From assembly GCA_963662595.1 (NCBI GenBank), contig OY759748.1:2835186-2899185 (forward strand): 64,000 nucleotides of DNA. The letters are read 5' to 3'. The DNA is from an uncultured Desulfobacter sp. (GTDB lineage Bacteria > Desulfobacterota > Desulfobacteria > Desulfobacterales > Desulfobacteraceae). The notes beneath the pieces were generated by a model, which was given only the letters and a program-made list of their open reading frames with translations, was not told the DNA's origin and ran no database searches. This document shows positions 30,468-40,092 of this stretch, one piece after another. Each line of letters begins with the position of its first letter. Position 1 is the first letter of the stretch. Both the position numbers and the translations under genes were made by a program.

Positions 30468-30816
30468 AAAAGTTGCAGTGACGCCCGGTTAAGTTTTTGC
30501 AAAGTGCAAAGAAGGACAATCGTTCGGTTTACATGGAAATTTCTCCTGGCAAATTTTTGAAAAATTGTTGAAAAAAAAAAGAATAAACAGTACTCTTAAA
30601 TCTGTTCTCAAGCTCTATCTCTAACAGCTGCGAATTCGAACTCAATCAAAAAAGTATAACATACTAAACACGAAACACGCTCAATTTTGACGTTTAAAAT
30701 TGATTTTAAATAGCGTGCCTCCCCCAGCCCCTCGTTCGCAGGGACTGCGGGAATTTTCTGTGATTCATCATGGGTGGCCTACAGCCATGATGTTAAATTC
30801 AAAGGGAGACGATAAC

Positions 30817-31983
30817 ATGGCAGGAAGAGAAGCAGTTTATGGTTTTTTTATTCCAACAGTTACCCTGATGGGTATTGGTGCACACAAAGAACTTTGCAAT
30901 CAGATGAAAAGCCTTGGTGTTTCAAAGCCTTTCATTGTTGCCGACAAGGGAATTACCGCTTGTGGTCTGACCAAAAAGATCTGTGATTTGCTCGAAGAGG
31001 GAATGGGCGCAAAGGCCGTGGTTTATGACGAAACCGTCCCCAACCCAACAGATAAGAATGTTGCTGAAGGGGTTGAGATTTTTAAAAAAAGCGGTTGTGA
31101 TATGATTATCACGTTGGGTGGCGGAAGCTCCCATGACTGCGGTAAAGGCATTGGTATTGTGTCGACCAACGGCGGTACGATCCATGATTTTGAAGGGGTT
31201 GATAAATCCACCAAAGCGATGCCTCCGTTTATCGCAATCAATACAACCGCCGGTACTGCCAGCGAAATGACCCGCTTTTGCATCATCACCGATACCAGTC
31301 GTAAGGTCAAAATGGCCATTGTGGACTGGCGGGTGACCCCTGCCATTGCCATTAATGATCCGCTGCTCATGATGGGGATGCCGCCCGCGTTGACCGCTGC
31401 CACCGGAATGGATGCATTAACCCATTCTGTTGAGGCATACGTCTCTACCATTGCAACCCCTGTCACAGATGCGTGTGCCATCAAATCCATTGAACTCATC
31501 GCCGATAATCTGCGGCCTGCGGTTGCCAATGGCCAGGATGTCGTTGCCAGAGATAACATGGCCTATGCCGAATACCTGGCCGGTATGGCCTTTAACAATG
31601 CAAGTCTTGGGTATGTCCATGCCATGGCCCACCAATTGGGCGGCTACTATGACCTGCCCCATGGCGTCTGCAACGCCATTTTACTGCCCCATGTCTCCGA
31701 GTTCAATTTGATTTCCAGACTGGATCGATATGCAGACATTGCCGTGGCATTAGGCGAGAACATCGACGGCCTTTCAGTGCGCGATGCCGCAGATGTGGCA
31801 TTGGAGGCGATCCGAACACTGTCTGCCGATGTCGGCATTCCATCCGACTTGACTGAACTGGGTGTAAAAACACAAGATTTAAAGATCATGGCGGAAAACG
31901 CCATGAAAGACGCCTGCGGGATTACAAACCCCAGAACCCCGACTCTGGATGAAGTAATCGGCATATATAAGGCGGCTTTATAA
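30817..31983 (+). CDS. adh: Iron-containing (group III) alcohol dehydrogenase
   Basis: GGGSSHD, TTAGTASE, DALTH, HAMAH, PHG. GGGAG RBS before ATG 30817. Confidence 0.95.
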   Translation: MAGREAVYGFFIPTVTLMGIGAHKELCNQMKSLGVSKPFIVADKGITACGLTKKICDLLEEGMGAKAVVYDETVPNPTDKNVAEGVEIFKKSGCDMIITLGGGSSHDCGKGIGIVSTNGGTIHDFEGVDKSTKAMPPFIAINTTAGTASEMTRFCIITDTSRKVKMAIVDWRVTPAIAINDPLLMMGMPPALTAATGMDALTHSVEAYVSTIATPVTDACAIKSIELIADNLRPAVANGQDVVARDNMAYAEYLAGMAFNNASLGYVHAMAHQLGGYYDLPHGVCNAILLPHVSEFNLISRLDRYADIAVALGENIDGLSVRDAADVALEAIRTLSADVGIPSDLTELGVKTQDLKIMAENAMKDACGITNPRTPTLDEVIGIYKAAL

Positions 31984-32100
31984 CATTTCAAAAAAAGGGT
32001 TGATTTCGAATCATCAGCGCGTGTCATGGGGTTGCCCGTTTTATGTCATTGCGCAATAAAAGAAATCAACCCTAAAACCCCAACATAAAGGAAGACTCAA

Positions 32101-32334
32101 ATGGCGATTCCAAGTCCCAATGATCCAAAATGGAAAAAAGTAATATCAGGTGATAATAAACCAAGCATTCAATTTCTAGGATTGAAACTGCTTTTGGGGC
32201 GATTGAATATGAAGTACAAAAAAAGCCCCACAGACGCCACCGTTTCGGAATGTACCAGTGAACTGATTGATTTCTTTAAAAAGAATGATCACTTACCTAA
32301 AGTTGTAGGTGATATAGAAACTATTTTTGGATAA
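32101..32334 (+). CDS. Hypothetical 77-aa protein
   Basis: AAAGGA RBS; 11 nt upstream of the next gene. Confidence 0.8.
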   Translation: MAIPSPNDPKWKKVISGDNKPSIQFLGLKLLLGRLNMKYKKSPTDATVSECTSELIDFFKKNDHLPKVVGDIETIFG

Positions 32335-32345
32335 GGGGTATAATA

Positions 32346-33335
32346 ATGATCAAAAAGACATTAGACAAAAATGAGGTCGTTAAGTTAATCACGGCCGGCA
32401 AAAAAATGATTCTTGCCGCCGATGAAAAGGTACTGAATGATCTTCCAAAAGGTCAGTGGATTGCAGGCACCATACCCTATTTTATGGATGCGGATGGGGG
32501 AAAATTTACACAGGACAAGGTGTTTGTCACAGAGCTTGCCGATTATGTGGACTCTGTTGATGTTCAAGTCTACTCGAAAGAGGCCTTGAGCAACGTTTAT
32601 ACAGACGCTCCAGGCAACGGATTTTCTTTTATCATTATTCCGGCGACAAGTCCCACCCACATCTCATTTTCCATTGATGGCCCCAATTATCCTGAATTTG
32701 CAACAAAGCCGCTTATCGGATGGATTTCCGGCGTATTCTTAGATGAGTTGGGACAAAGCACGCCAAAGATATATAACGGGAATACCGGGAAAAGTTATAC
32801 AGATTCCGCTGTGGTCATGCACATTGGGCTGCCCGCAAATAAAATGGCCCAGGTGAACATTATCAATCTCTTTGAAAGTGGCGATGGGGATACGATAACG
32901 TTCAACCAGGAAGGCTTCTCAATTAAAGATGCGGTTGTCAATGGAAAATCGGTGAACTTTGCCGAGTATATCCTGGGTAAAAATATTGATACAAGGCTGC
33001 CCCTGGTGGCGGATATGTACGGCGCAATGATCAATACGAGTTTTCAAAGTGTTGATGAGGCCCAAAAAACAGTTCATCTGTATGCACCGGTGTTTCAGGA
33101 AGTGGAGTATAAAATTGCAAAACCGGTATCCGATTACGTTTCTGAATTTAATCAACTGATCCCTAAAGGGATTGGTGATACGGTCTTCTTTTCATGCAAC
33201 TGCATATTGAACTATCTTTATGCCGAACTTGAAGGGAAGAAAACGGCCGACATTACAGGTCCCATGACATTCGGGGAGATTGCCTATCAGTTGTTGAACC
33301 AGACCATGGCATATATAGTCATTGAAGATAGTTAA
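32346..33335 (+). CDS. FIST-like (DUF6976-like) protein of unknown function
   Basis: WIAGTIPYFM, PLIGWISG; C-terminal FSCNCILN...GPMTFGEI...NQT resembles FIST_C. Family name recalled, not searched. Confidence 0.7.
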   Translation: MIKKTLDKNEVVKLITAGKKMILAADEKVLNDLPKGQWIAGTIPYFMDADGGKFTQDKVFVTELADYVDSVDVQVYSKEALSNVYTDAPGNGFSFIIIPATSPTHISFSIDGPNYPEFATKPLIGWISGVFLDELGQSTPKIYNGNTGKSYTDSAVVMHIGLPANKMAQVNIINLFESGDGDTITFNQEGFSIKDAVVNGKSVNFAEYILGKNIDTRLPLVADMYGAMINTSFQSVDEAQKTVHLYAPVFQEVEYKIAKPVSDYVSEFNQLIPKGIGDTVFFSCNCILNYLYAELEGKKTADITGPMTFGEIAYQLLNQTMAYIVIEDS

Positions 33336-33336
33336 A

Positions 33337-33478
33337 TAGTGATTGAACGAAAAATCACCCACCTGCGGCGTTGCTGCACAAAGCTGCCAAATTATAAAAT
33401 CGGGCCTCACGTACTATAGTACGTGAGGATTTCAGCTTTGTTTGCGCCTTGCATCTGGGTAATTTTTCGTCCAATCCC
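33337..33478. repeat. ERIC-like palindromic intergenic repeat, copy 3
   Basis: IR GATTGAACGAAAAAT...ATTTTTCGTCCAATC; TGCGGCGTTGC and GCGCCTTGCA cores; internal perfect palindrome at 33405-33428. Confidence 0.85.
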
Positions 33479-33490
33479 GGTGTTTTCTGT

Positions 33491-35332
33491 TTAAATGGAC
33501 AACTCAAGCCACTCAAACCAGATGGGATAATTTTCTTTGTACCAGGCCAGAATCTGTTTGAGTAATTCCTGCTCTTCAGCGGATATCGTTGTTGAAATTT
33601 TGTCAAAACGAACGACTATTTTGTCTCCAAAGTGTTCCAAGGCTTCAGTGCACAGGGTCTGAAGTTCATTGCGGATTCTACCTGAATCTGAAATTTTAAC
33701 GGCCCGGGTTCTATAATCTTCCCCCTTAAAAAACCGGTTGAGCAACGGCGAGAAAACCAGTTTGCTCTGGGGCAACGGCTCCAAAAGGCGAAGGGCAAAG
33801 GTGATAGCCTTGTCTCCGAATTCTGAGGTTACCCGGACCGTGACTTCCCAGGTGTCCTCGCTAATCTGTTTTACGCCCTGGGCCCCGCTGTAGGGGTCAG
33901 GCAGCATGTATCCGGATACGGCCAGGGTCTGCCATTTCTTTGCGGCGATCAGATCGCTTGCATTGATGGTACGTGGTTTTAAGGGGATGCCCGCGTTTTT
34001 GGCTTCCACGATGCTGTTGCGGTAAACTTCGATCAGTTCGGTGGGCACATCCCCTTCAAACAGATCCTGTTCCAGTCGTGTTGCAAAATTATTGTCCTGG
34101 GGATCCAGCTTCATGGCCGCGGCATCTTTATCATAGGGCAGCTTGAATTTGGAAGAGAGCACGGCAAGGGATACATCCAGACCCAGAATTCCGGAGAGAC
34201 TGGCCGCCTGCATGGCCTCGGCCGATGCGGCATATCCATCCACCACCAGCAGGTGGGTCTCTCCCGCGTCATCGGTCCAGGGCTTGACCGCAAAGGTCGG
34301 CGCATAGGTGCCTGAGTCGGTGAACGGCGCGATGCCTGTGGGAAGCGTCCAGGTTTCATCAATCAGATGGGCGCCGGCATCCTGCCACTGGTTCCATAAT
34401 TTTTCGATTCTCTCCCTGCGGGCGTCCCCGGTGAGGGTCCAGATATGAACATTTTCCGCCTTTATCCCCTCAAAGGTCTCCTGGATGGCATCCATTACCA
34501 TTTGGCGCGGGGTGAAATAATTGACTAGGACCGATTTTAAGGCCGCGTTTTCCACAACCTGTTTCGGCAGAACAAGGCACCCCATATATCCTTCATACTG
34601 ATCACTGATGATCAACGGCTGGTCAAACAGATGGAAAATACTCATGGGCCCTGTGGTTTCCCCCTTGGCAAACCTTGAGGTGTTTTCCAAGGTGTCGATG
34701 GCGGCCCCCCACACGGTGATGTCTCGTTTCTGGATATCCCGGGAAAATTTTTCCCAGACATATTCGGGATCATTGATCAGCCGCAGAACCCGGTCTTCAA
34801 GGAATTTAGCCACCTGGGGACGGGCATAGATTCTGCCGAATCCCAGCAGGGGATTGGCACCCATCTCAGCGGTTTCACCGGCTTTGGGCATGAGCCCTTC
34901 CCCTAAACAGACCATGATGGCATGATTTTCCGGCAGGGTGCGGGACAGGTACCACAGGCTTTCGCTCATGGCGTATGCGGAAATGGCATCGGCATCTTTT
35001 TTTACCAGGTTCAGCTCTGTTTTAGGCAGTCCCTTTCCTTCCCCGTAGCGGCCGAACAGCCGGGTACCCAGGGCGGTAACGGCAGCGGTGACCGCCAGCA
35101 TTTTTTCGGTACGCCCGTCGGTGAATGAGACCGCATCCATGTGGCGGCGCTTTATCTTTTTTTTGGATTCGTCGCTGTACCAGTGAATGCGCACATCTTC
35201 GAGCCATAAATGAAATCGCCCTAATATGGGGCGCGTATCAAAGGCCCACTGGGAAATCAGATTCTGTTTTTTAACATCCTCGGGTGAAATGGTTTTTGCT
35301 GATGTAGTGAAATTGTCAGTTGCCGTCGTCAT
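33491..35332 (-). CDS. Divergent GlpX-like (class II fructose-1,6-bisphosphatase fold) protein, 613 aa
   Basis: Collinear motifs KKDADAISAYAM, VCLGEG, NPLLGFG, AAIDTLENT, GYM, DGYAASAEAMQAA. Confidence 0.65.
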   Translation of the reverse strand: MTTATDNFTTSAKTISPEDVKKQNLISQWAFDTRPILGRFHLWLEDVRIHWYSDESKKKIKRRHMDAVSFTDGRTEKMLAVTAAVTALGTRLFGRYGEGKGLPKTELNLVKKDADAISAYAMSESLWYLSRTLPENHAIMVCLGEGLMPKAGETAEMGANPLLGFGRIYARPQVAKFLEDRVLRLINDPEYVWEKFSRDIQKRDITVWGAAIDTLENTSRFAKGETTGPMSIFHLFDQPLIISDQYEGYMGCLVLPKQVVENAALKSVLVNYFTPRQMVMDAIQETFEGIKAENVHIWTLTGDARRERIEKLWNQWQDAGAHLIDETWTLPTGIAPFTDSGTYAPTFAVKPWTDDAGETHLLVVDGYAASAEAMQAASLSGILGLDVSLAVLSSKFKLPYDKDAAAMKLDPQDNNFATRLEQDLFEGDVPTELIEVYRNSIVEAKNAGIPLKPRTINASDLIAAKKWQTLAVSGYMLPDPYSGAQGVKQISEDTWEVTVRVTSEFGDKAITFALRLLEPLPQSKLVFSPLLNRFFKGEDYRTRAVKISDSGRIRNELQTLCTEALEHFGDKIVVRFDKISTTISAEEQELLKQILAWYKENYPIWFEWLELSI

Positions 35333-35472
35333 GGAATATACTCTTTTTTGAATTGTGTAGAATGAATCTGATTTATCATTTCAGAATAAAATATGTCAAG
35401 GATTGTTGCGAACTGCCGTCTTGGATGATGCCGGAAGGCGTGTGATGCCTTCCGGCCTGTCATGTATTTAAG

Positions 35473-35576
35473 TCGTGTCTGAACGCAAACCAGGAAATTT
35501 TGTCGGGTACAAGGCGGGCTAAAATTTAATACCAACGCCGTGACCGGCAAAATTTAAGGTTTTGGGTCGGGCACTT
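35473..35576. repeat. ERIC-like repeat, copy 4 (central part deleted)
   Basis: Matches the reverse complement of copy 2 at both arms; lacks the central ACCGGAG...GAGGATT; abuts a stop codon. Confidence 0.85.
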
Positions 35577-36678
35577 AGGAATGGCTGTGACTGTCATGCG
35601 CTTCATGGGTTTCATGTTCAGCAGGCGTTTCATCTGTCTCTGCCGGTTCAGAAGCTTCCGGCGCATCGTCATGGGCTTCCGGTGCGACTTCCTGGGTCTC
35701 AGACGCTTCTGGCGCAGTCTCATGGGAGACTTCCGTTTCATGGGCCTGGGGTTCCTCAACGGCTTCTTCGGCTTCTGAGGGTGCCATTGCTTTGGTGTCA
35801 TCTTCATGGACTTCAGGTGCTACTTCCTCGGTCTCAGCTGCCTCTCCATGGGTCTCAGTAGCTTCTTCTTTAATCTCTGGCGTTTCAGATGCCGCCTCAT
35901 CCGATGCTGCAGGGGCATCCACTGCCTGGGTGTCGCCGGCCGGGTTTGTTACTTCCTGGAAAATGCCGTCTATCGTTCCATCCTCAAGCCAGTAAACCCT
36001 GCCGTCACTGACGTCATAGATGCCACCCACCACTTTCACTTTGCCTTCCTTGACAAGGTCGCATGTGGCAGGACTCTGGGTGAACAGATCCCGGATGCTG
36101 GTGTAGATATTTTCTTCGATGGCAAGGGGAATGATTTCATCTCCTTTTGCCTGGGGATACTTTTCCATGGCTTTTTTGACGGCAGGTTCAATGTTTTCAA
36201 GCATCGGCAGCTTACTTTCTACAGCCTGTCCGTTCATGGCCCGGGTGATGGCTGTCACCGAGGCGCATTGTGTATTGCCAAGTACAAGCACAACCGGTGT
36301 ACGGACCGTCTGGATACCGTATTCTATGGCGCTGACTTCATTGGGCCCGCATACATTCCCCGGCACCCGGACAACATACAAATCCATAATTCCGGCATCA
36401 AAGATTGCTTCAACAGGAACCCGGGAATCGGAAGAGGCCAGGACGGTGGCATAGGCATGGTCTCCCTGGTCTTCCAGGCTGGATTGCACCATCCGTTCTT
36501 TGTCCAGGTGCGGATGTTCGGTTTTTCCATCGAGAAAACGTTTATTTCCATCCTTTAGCGTTTGAAGTGCTTCGTCCGGACTGGGTTTGGGTTTCTTTTC
36601 TTCTCCTGAGCAGCCGGCAAACGCGAGCATGCATGTCAACAGTAGGCATAATATCAACCGAAGTGATGTTTTTTTCAT
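35575..36678 (-). CDS. Beta-carbonic-anhydrase-like lipoprotein with degenerate active site and acidic His-rich tail
   Basis: Lipobox FAGC; LKDGNKRF; SSDSRV (for CxDSR); LGNTQC (for HxxC); Glu/Ala/Thr/His tail of about 115 aa. Confidence 0.85.
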   Translation of the reverse strand: MKKTSLRLILCLLLTCMLAFAGCSGEEKKPKPSPDEALQTLKDGNKRFLDGKTEHPHLDKERMVQSSLEDQGDHAYATVLASSDSRVPVEAIFDAGIMDLYVVRVPGNVCGPNEVSAIEYGIQTVRTPVVLVLGNTQCASVTAITRAMNGQAVESKLPMLENIEPAVKKAMEKYPQAKGDEIIPLAIEENIYTSIRDLFTQSPATCDLVKEGKVKVVGGIYDVSDGRVYWLEDGTIDGIFQEVTNPAGDTQAVDAPAASDEAASETPEIKEEATETHGEAAETEEVAPEVHEDDTKAMAPSEAEEAVEEPQAHETEVSHETAPEASETQEVAPEAHDDAPEASEPAETDETPAEHETHEAHDSHSHS

Positions 36679-36888
36679 TTCCCCTCTCCTTAAAAGTATT
36701 TAGTGTTTTACAGATCCCAACTGAATTTAATTACTTAATTAATCCACCGTAAATATAAAGATCAAGAACTGCTAGTCAAAACCCTCAAATACCACATTTG
36801 TCCAGATTGTTCACCTTTTTTTGTTTCGGATGCAACCGCCGTCAAAATAAGTTGTTTTGGGCTGCCGTGTCCTGTATGGTGGGCCGAT

Positions 36889-39441
36889 ATGAATCACAGA
36901 ACACAGACATTGTCTGATTCCGGCCACATCAACGAGATCCTGAAGGGCGTTGTGGACCGGGTCACATTTCATAACCCGGACAATGGCTGGTCCATTCTCA
37001 AGGTGCTGCCCTTTGACCGTCCGGGAAGCCGGGAAACCGTTGTGGTCCATCAAACCAAGGTGTTTGCCGGGGCCACCATGGAATTTGAGGGGGCATGGAC
37101 GGTGCATCCTAAATTCGGCCGGCAGTTTAAAGCCGTGCATGCCCGGGAAAAGAAGCCGGCCACGGCATCGGCCCTGGAAAAATATCTCGGCTCCGGGCTG
37201 ATCAAAGGTGTGGGGCCCAAGACCGCAAAAAAAATAGTGGATCACTTCAAGGACCAGACCCTGGATGTGTTTGAATCCGAGATTGAGCGGCTTGTGGAGG
37301 TGCCCGGGATTGCACACAAAAAACTAGAGATGATTTCAGAGGCCTGGACCGAGCACCGGGCCATTCGTGATGTGATGATGTTTTTGCAGTCCCACGGGAT
37401 CTCCACCTTATTTTCCGTTCGTATATTCAAGGAATACGGTTACAATGCCATTGCCTGGATCACCCAGGATCCGTACCGTCTTGCGTCTGATTTTTTCGGG
37501 ATCGGTTTTTTTTCTGCGGATAAGGTGGCCCTTAGCATCGGTCTTGAAACGGACAGTCCCCCAAGAATCATTGCCGGTATCCGCCACGTATTGTCCGCCG
37601 CCCGGGAGTTCGGGCATTGTTATCTGACCTTTCCCCAGATCAAAAAACAGGTACAAGAGTTGCTCAAACTTGATCTGGCCGATCAGCTTGACACCCTTTT
37701 GGCTGATATGGAGGCCCAGCGGCTTTTGATGCGCCGGGATCTGAGCGATGATAACGGACAGCCTGTGGCCTGTTACTATGCCCGATCTTTATATTTTGAT
37801 GAGCGGTATGTGGCAAAACGTCTGTTGGACCCAGGTCCTGAGCGAACCTTTGACCAGGCCCGCATTGACCGGTGGGTGGACTTGTTTTGCCGGCGTTTTC
37901 AGATGCAGCTTTCCGATGAACAGGCCGCAGCGGTCAAGGGGGTGGTCCAGCAGCAGTTTTCCGTGCTCACCGGCGGCCCCGGATGCGGAAAAACAACGGC
38001 TACACGGGTGATGGTCCGCCTGCTGGAGGCCATGGGGCAACAGGTAATGCTGGCTGCGCCCACGGGCCGGGCTGCCCAGCGTATGAGCGAAGTGATCGGA
38101 AAACCCGCCAAAACCATTCACCGGCTATTGGGCTGGAAGGCCGGCGGGTTTAAACGCGATGAAAGTTCCCCTTTAAAAACCGATTTTTTGGTGGTGGACG
38201 AGTGCTCCATGCTGGACATCAACCTGACGGCTTCGCTGCTCAAAGCGGTGCCCAGGCATAGCCAGGTGGTTTTTATCGGGGATTATGACCAATTGCCTTC
38301 GGTGGGGGCGGGCAACGTACTCAAGGATATCATCGGGTCCCAGGCCGTGCCCTGTTTCCGGCTGACCCAGGTGTTTCGCCAGGCCCAATCTTCCATGATC
38401 ATAAAGTTTGCCCACCAGATTAACCAGGGCAAAATGCCGTGGATAAAAAGTCCGTTTAAGTATCCGGCGGTCTGGCAGGACGGTACCGACTGCCTGTTCA
38501 TTGATTCCGATGAAGTGACCAAAGAACAGATCACCTTTGTCAGCCGGGTTAAACGGTTATATGCGAACGCTGACATGGAAACAGAAGGCGATAGTCCCGT
38601 TCAAAATGGTTCAGACTTAGATGGTGCCACGGATAATGATAATGATAATGGTGATTTGTATGAATTCAGGGTTGAGGAGCCGTGTTCACCCTGGGAGACC
38701 GAAATTGAGATCCCTAAAAAGTTTGCCCATGTGGATCTGGCCCGCCTGGCAATGACGGAAAATCGCATTCAAGAATTGATGGAGGTCGTGGAAAAAGTTC
38801 ACCCATGGTCCTCTTTGCACTATGGTCTATCCGCTTTGGATGCGGTGAAAAAATTGTATCTGGAATGGATTCCCAAATATATGGGAAAAGATACGGAGAT
38901 CCAGATCCTTTCCCCCATGACCCGGGGCAGTCTGGGGACTCTTGCCTTGAACCGTGATATCCAGGAAGGGTTTAACCCCATGGGCCCGGGAAAGGCCCAG
39001 CTCACCGTGGGCCGGCGGATATTTAGAACCGGAGACCGGGTGATCCACAGAAAAAACAATTATGACCTGGGGGTATTTAACGGGGACATTGGTGTCATTG
39101 ACGGAATAAACACCATGGATATCACCTGTACGGTTCGGTTTCTGCCGGATAACCGGGTGGTGCAGTACAGCCAGGCAGACATTATGGAGCTTGACCTGGC
39201 CTATGCCATCACCATCCATAAATCCCAGGGCAGTGAATTTGAGGTGGTTATTATCCCGGTATTGGCCCAGCATTTTAAAATGCTTTTCCGCAATCTGATC
39301 TACACAGGCATTACCCGCGCCAGAAAACTGGCCGTTTTTGTGGGCACCCGACGGGCGCTGGGCATGGCTGTGGGCAATCAGGACATCAGTCGCCGCCAGA
39401 CCGCCTTGGAAGCGTTGCTTACCCAAGCGGTTCAACTATAG
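36889..39441 (+). CDS. recD2: ATP-dependent RecD2-like SF1B helicase
   Basis: N-terminal OB/HhH (YLGSGLIKGVGP); GGPGCGKT, APTGRAA, DECSM, TIHKSQGSE, YTGITRA. Confidence 0.93.
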   Translation: MNHRTQTLSDSGHINEILKGVVDRVTFHNPDNGWSILKVLPFDRPGSRETVVVHQTKVFAGATMEFEGAWTVHPKFGRQFKAVHAREKKPATASALEKYLGSGLIKGVGPKTAKKIVDHFKDQTLDVFESEIERLVEVPGIAHKKLEMISEAWTEHRAIRDVMMFLQSHGISTLFSVRIFKEYGYNAIAWITQDPYRLASDFFGIGFFSADKVALSIGLETDSPPRIIAGIRHVLSAAREFGHCYLTFPQIKKQVQELLKLDLADQLDTLLADMEAQRLLMRRDLSDDNGQPVACYYARSLYFDERYVAKRLLDPGPERTFDQARIDRWVDLFCRRFQMQLSDEQAAAVKGVVQQQFSVLTGGPGCGKTTATRVMVRLLEAMGQQVMLAAPTGRAAQRMSEVIGKPAKTIHRLLGWKAGGFKRDESSPLKTDFLVVDECSMLDINLTASLLKAVPRHSQVVFIGDYDQLPSVGAGNVLKDIIGSQAVPCFRLTQVFRQAQSSMIIKFAHQINQGKMPWIKSPFKYPAVWQDGTDCLFIDSDEVTKEQITFVSRVKRLYANADMETEGDSPVQNGSDLDGATDNDNDNGDLYEFRVEEPCSPWETEIEIPKKFAHVDLARLAMTENRIQELMEVVEKVHPWSSLHYGLSALDAVKKLYLEWIPKYMGKDTEIQILSPMTRGSLGTLALNRDIQEGFNPMGPGKAQLTVGRRIFRTGDRVIHRKNNYDLGVFNGDIGVIDGINTMDITCTVRFLPDNRVVQYSQADIMELDLAYAITIHKSQGSEFEVVIIPVLAQHFKMLFRNLIYTGITRARKLAVFVGTRRALGMAVGNQDISRRQTALEALLTQAVQL

Positions 39442-39559
39442 CCGTATAGCCGCTACAGGGCAAAAAAAGAGAATCAATGAAGTTGAAATTGTGTTTTTGG
39501 ATCTTTTTGGGGGTGGTGCGGGCTTAAACTATCGTGGCAATACAGACCCGCCCATGGTG

Positions 39560-39850
39560 CTATTGAGCGTTTTCATTGATTTTGTTTTTAAGCTTTCCTG
39601 CGCATTTAAAGGTAACAACCCGTCTTTTTTCGAGGATCATGGCATTCCCTGTGGCCGGGTTCCTTCCCTTTCTGGGTGACTTGTCAATTACCTGGAATTT
39701 TCCGAATCCGGAAATCATAATATCTTCACCCGATGCCAGGGTGGATTTCATTATTTCAATAAGCGTTTCAAGAACCTCTTTGGATTGAGATGGATTTTGG
39801 TCAAATATATCTGAAATTTTTTCGATGAGTGTGGATTTGGTACAGGTCAA
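39560..39850 (-). CDS. ihfA: Integration host factor alpha / HU family
   Basis: ISGFGKF, RKGRNPATG, RRVVTFK; TTG start. Confidence 0.88.
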   Translation of the reverse strand: MTCTKSTLIEKISDIFDQNPSQSKEVLETLIEIMKSTLASGEDIMISGFGKFQVIDKSPRKGRNPATGNAMILEKRRVVTFKCAGKLKNKINENAQ

Positions 39851-40007
39851 ATTTGAAGCCTTTTCTTTAGTTGTTTAGATTGAATAAATATTGAACATAC
39901 TAATGGGTTTTCCAAAAGAGTCAAGCAATTAGATGACTGCCTGACACAAATTGAAGAGGCCCTGGACCCTCTTTTTTTAAAGTTCCCCGGACAAAAACAG
40001 CCCCTTT

Positions 40008-40066
40008 GCAAACATAAAAAAGACTTTTTTTGTGCGTTACCGTTAAAAAGTCTTTTTTATGTTTGC
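40008..40066. terminator. 22-bp perfect inverted repeat downstream of the MCP gene
   Basis: GCAAACATAAAAAAGACTTTTT / AAAAAGTCTTTTTTATGTTTGC. Confidence 0.6.
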
Positions 40067-40092
40067 CCTGCGGTATGGGCTATTAATTGGAT

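Noticed and set aside
38632-38649. (GATAAT)3 microsatellite in recD2
   Set aside because: In frame, encodes a DNDNDN linker, and cannot shift the frame.
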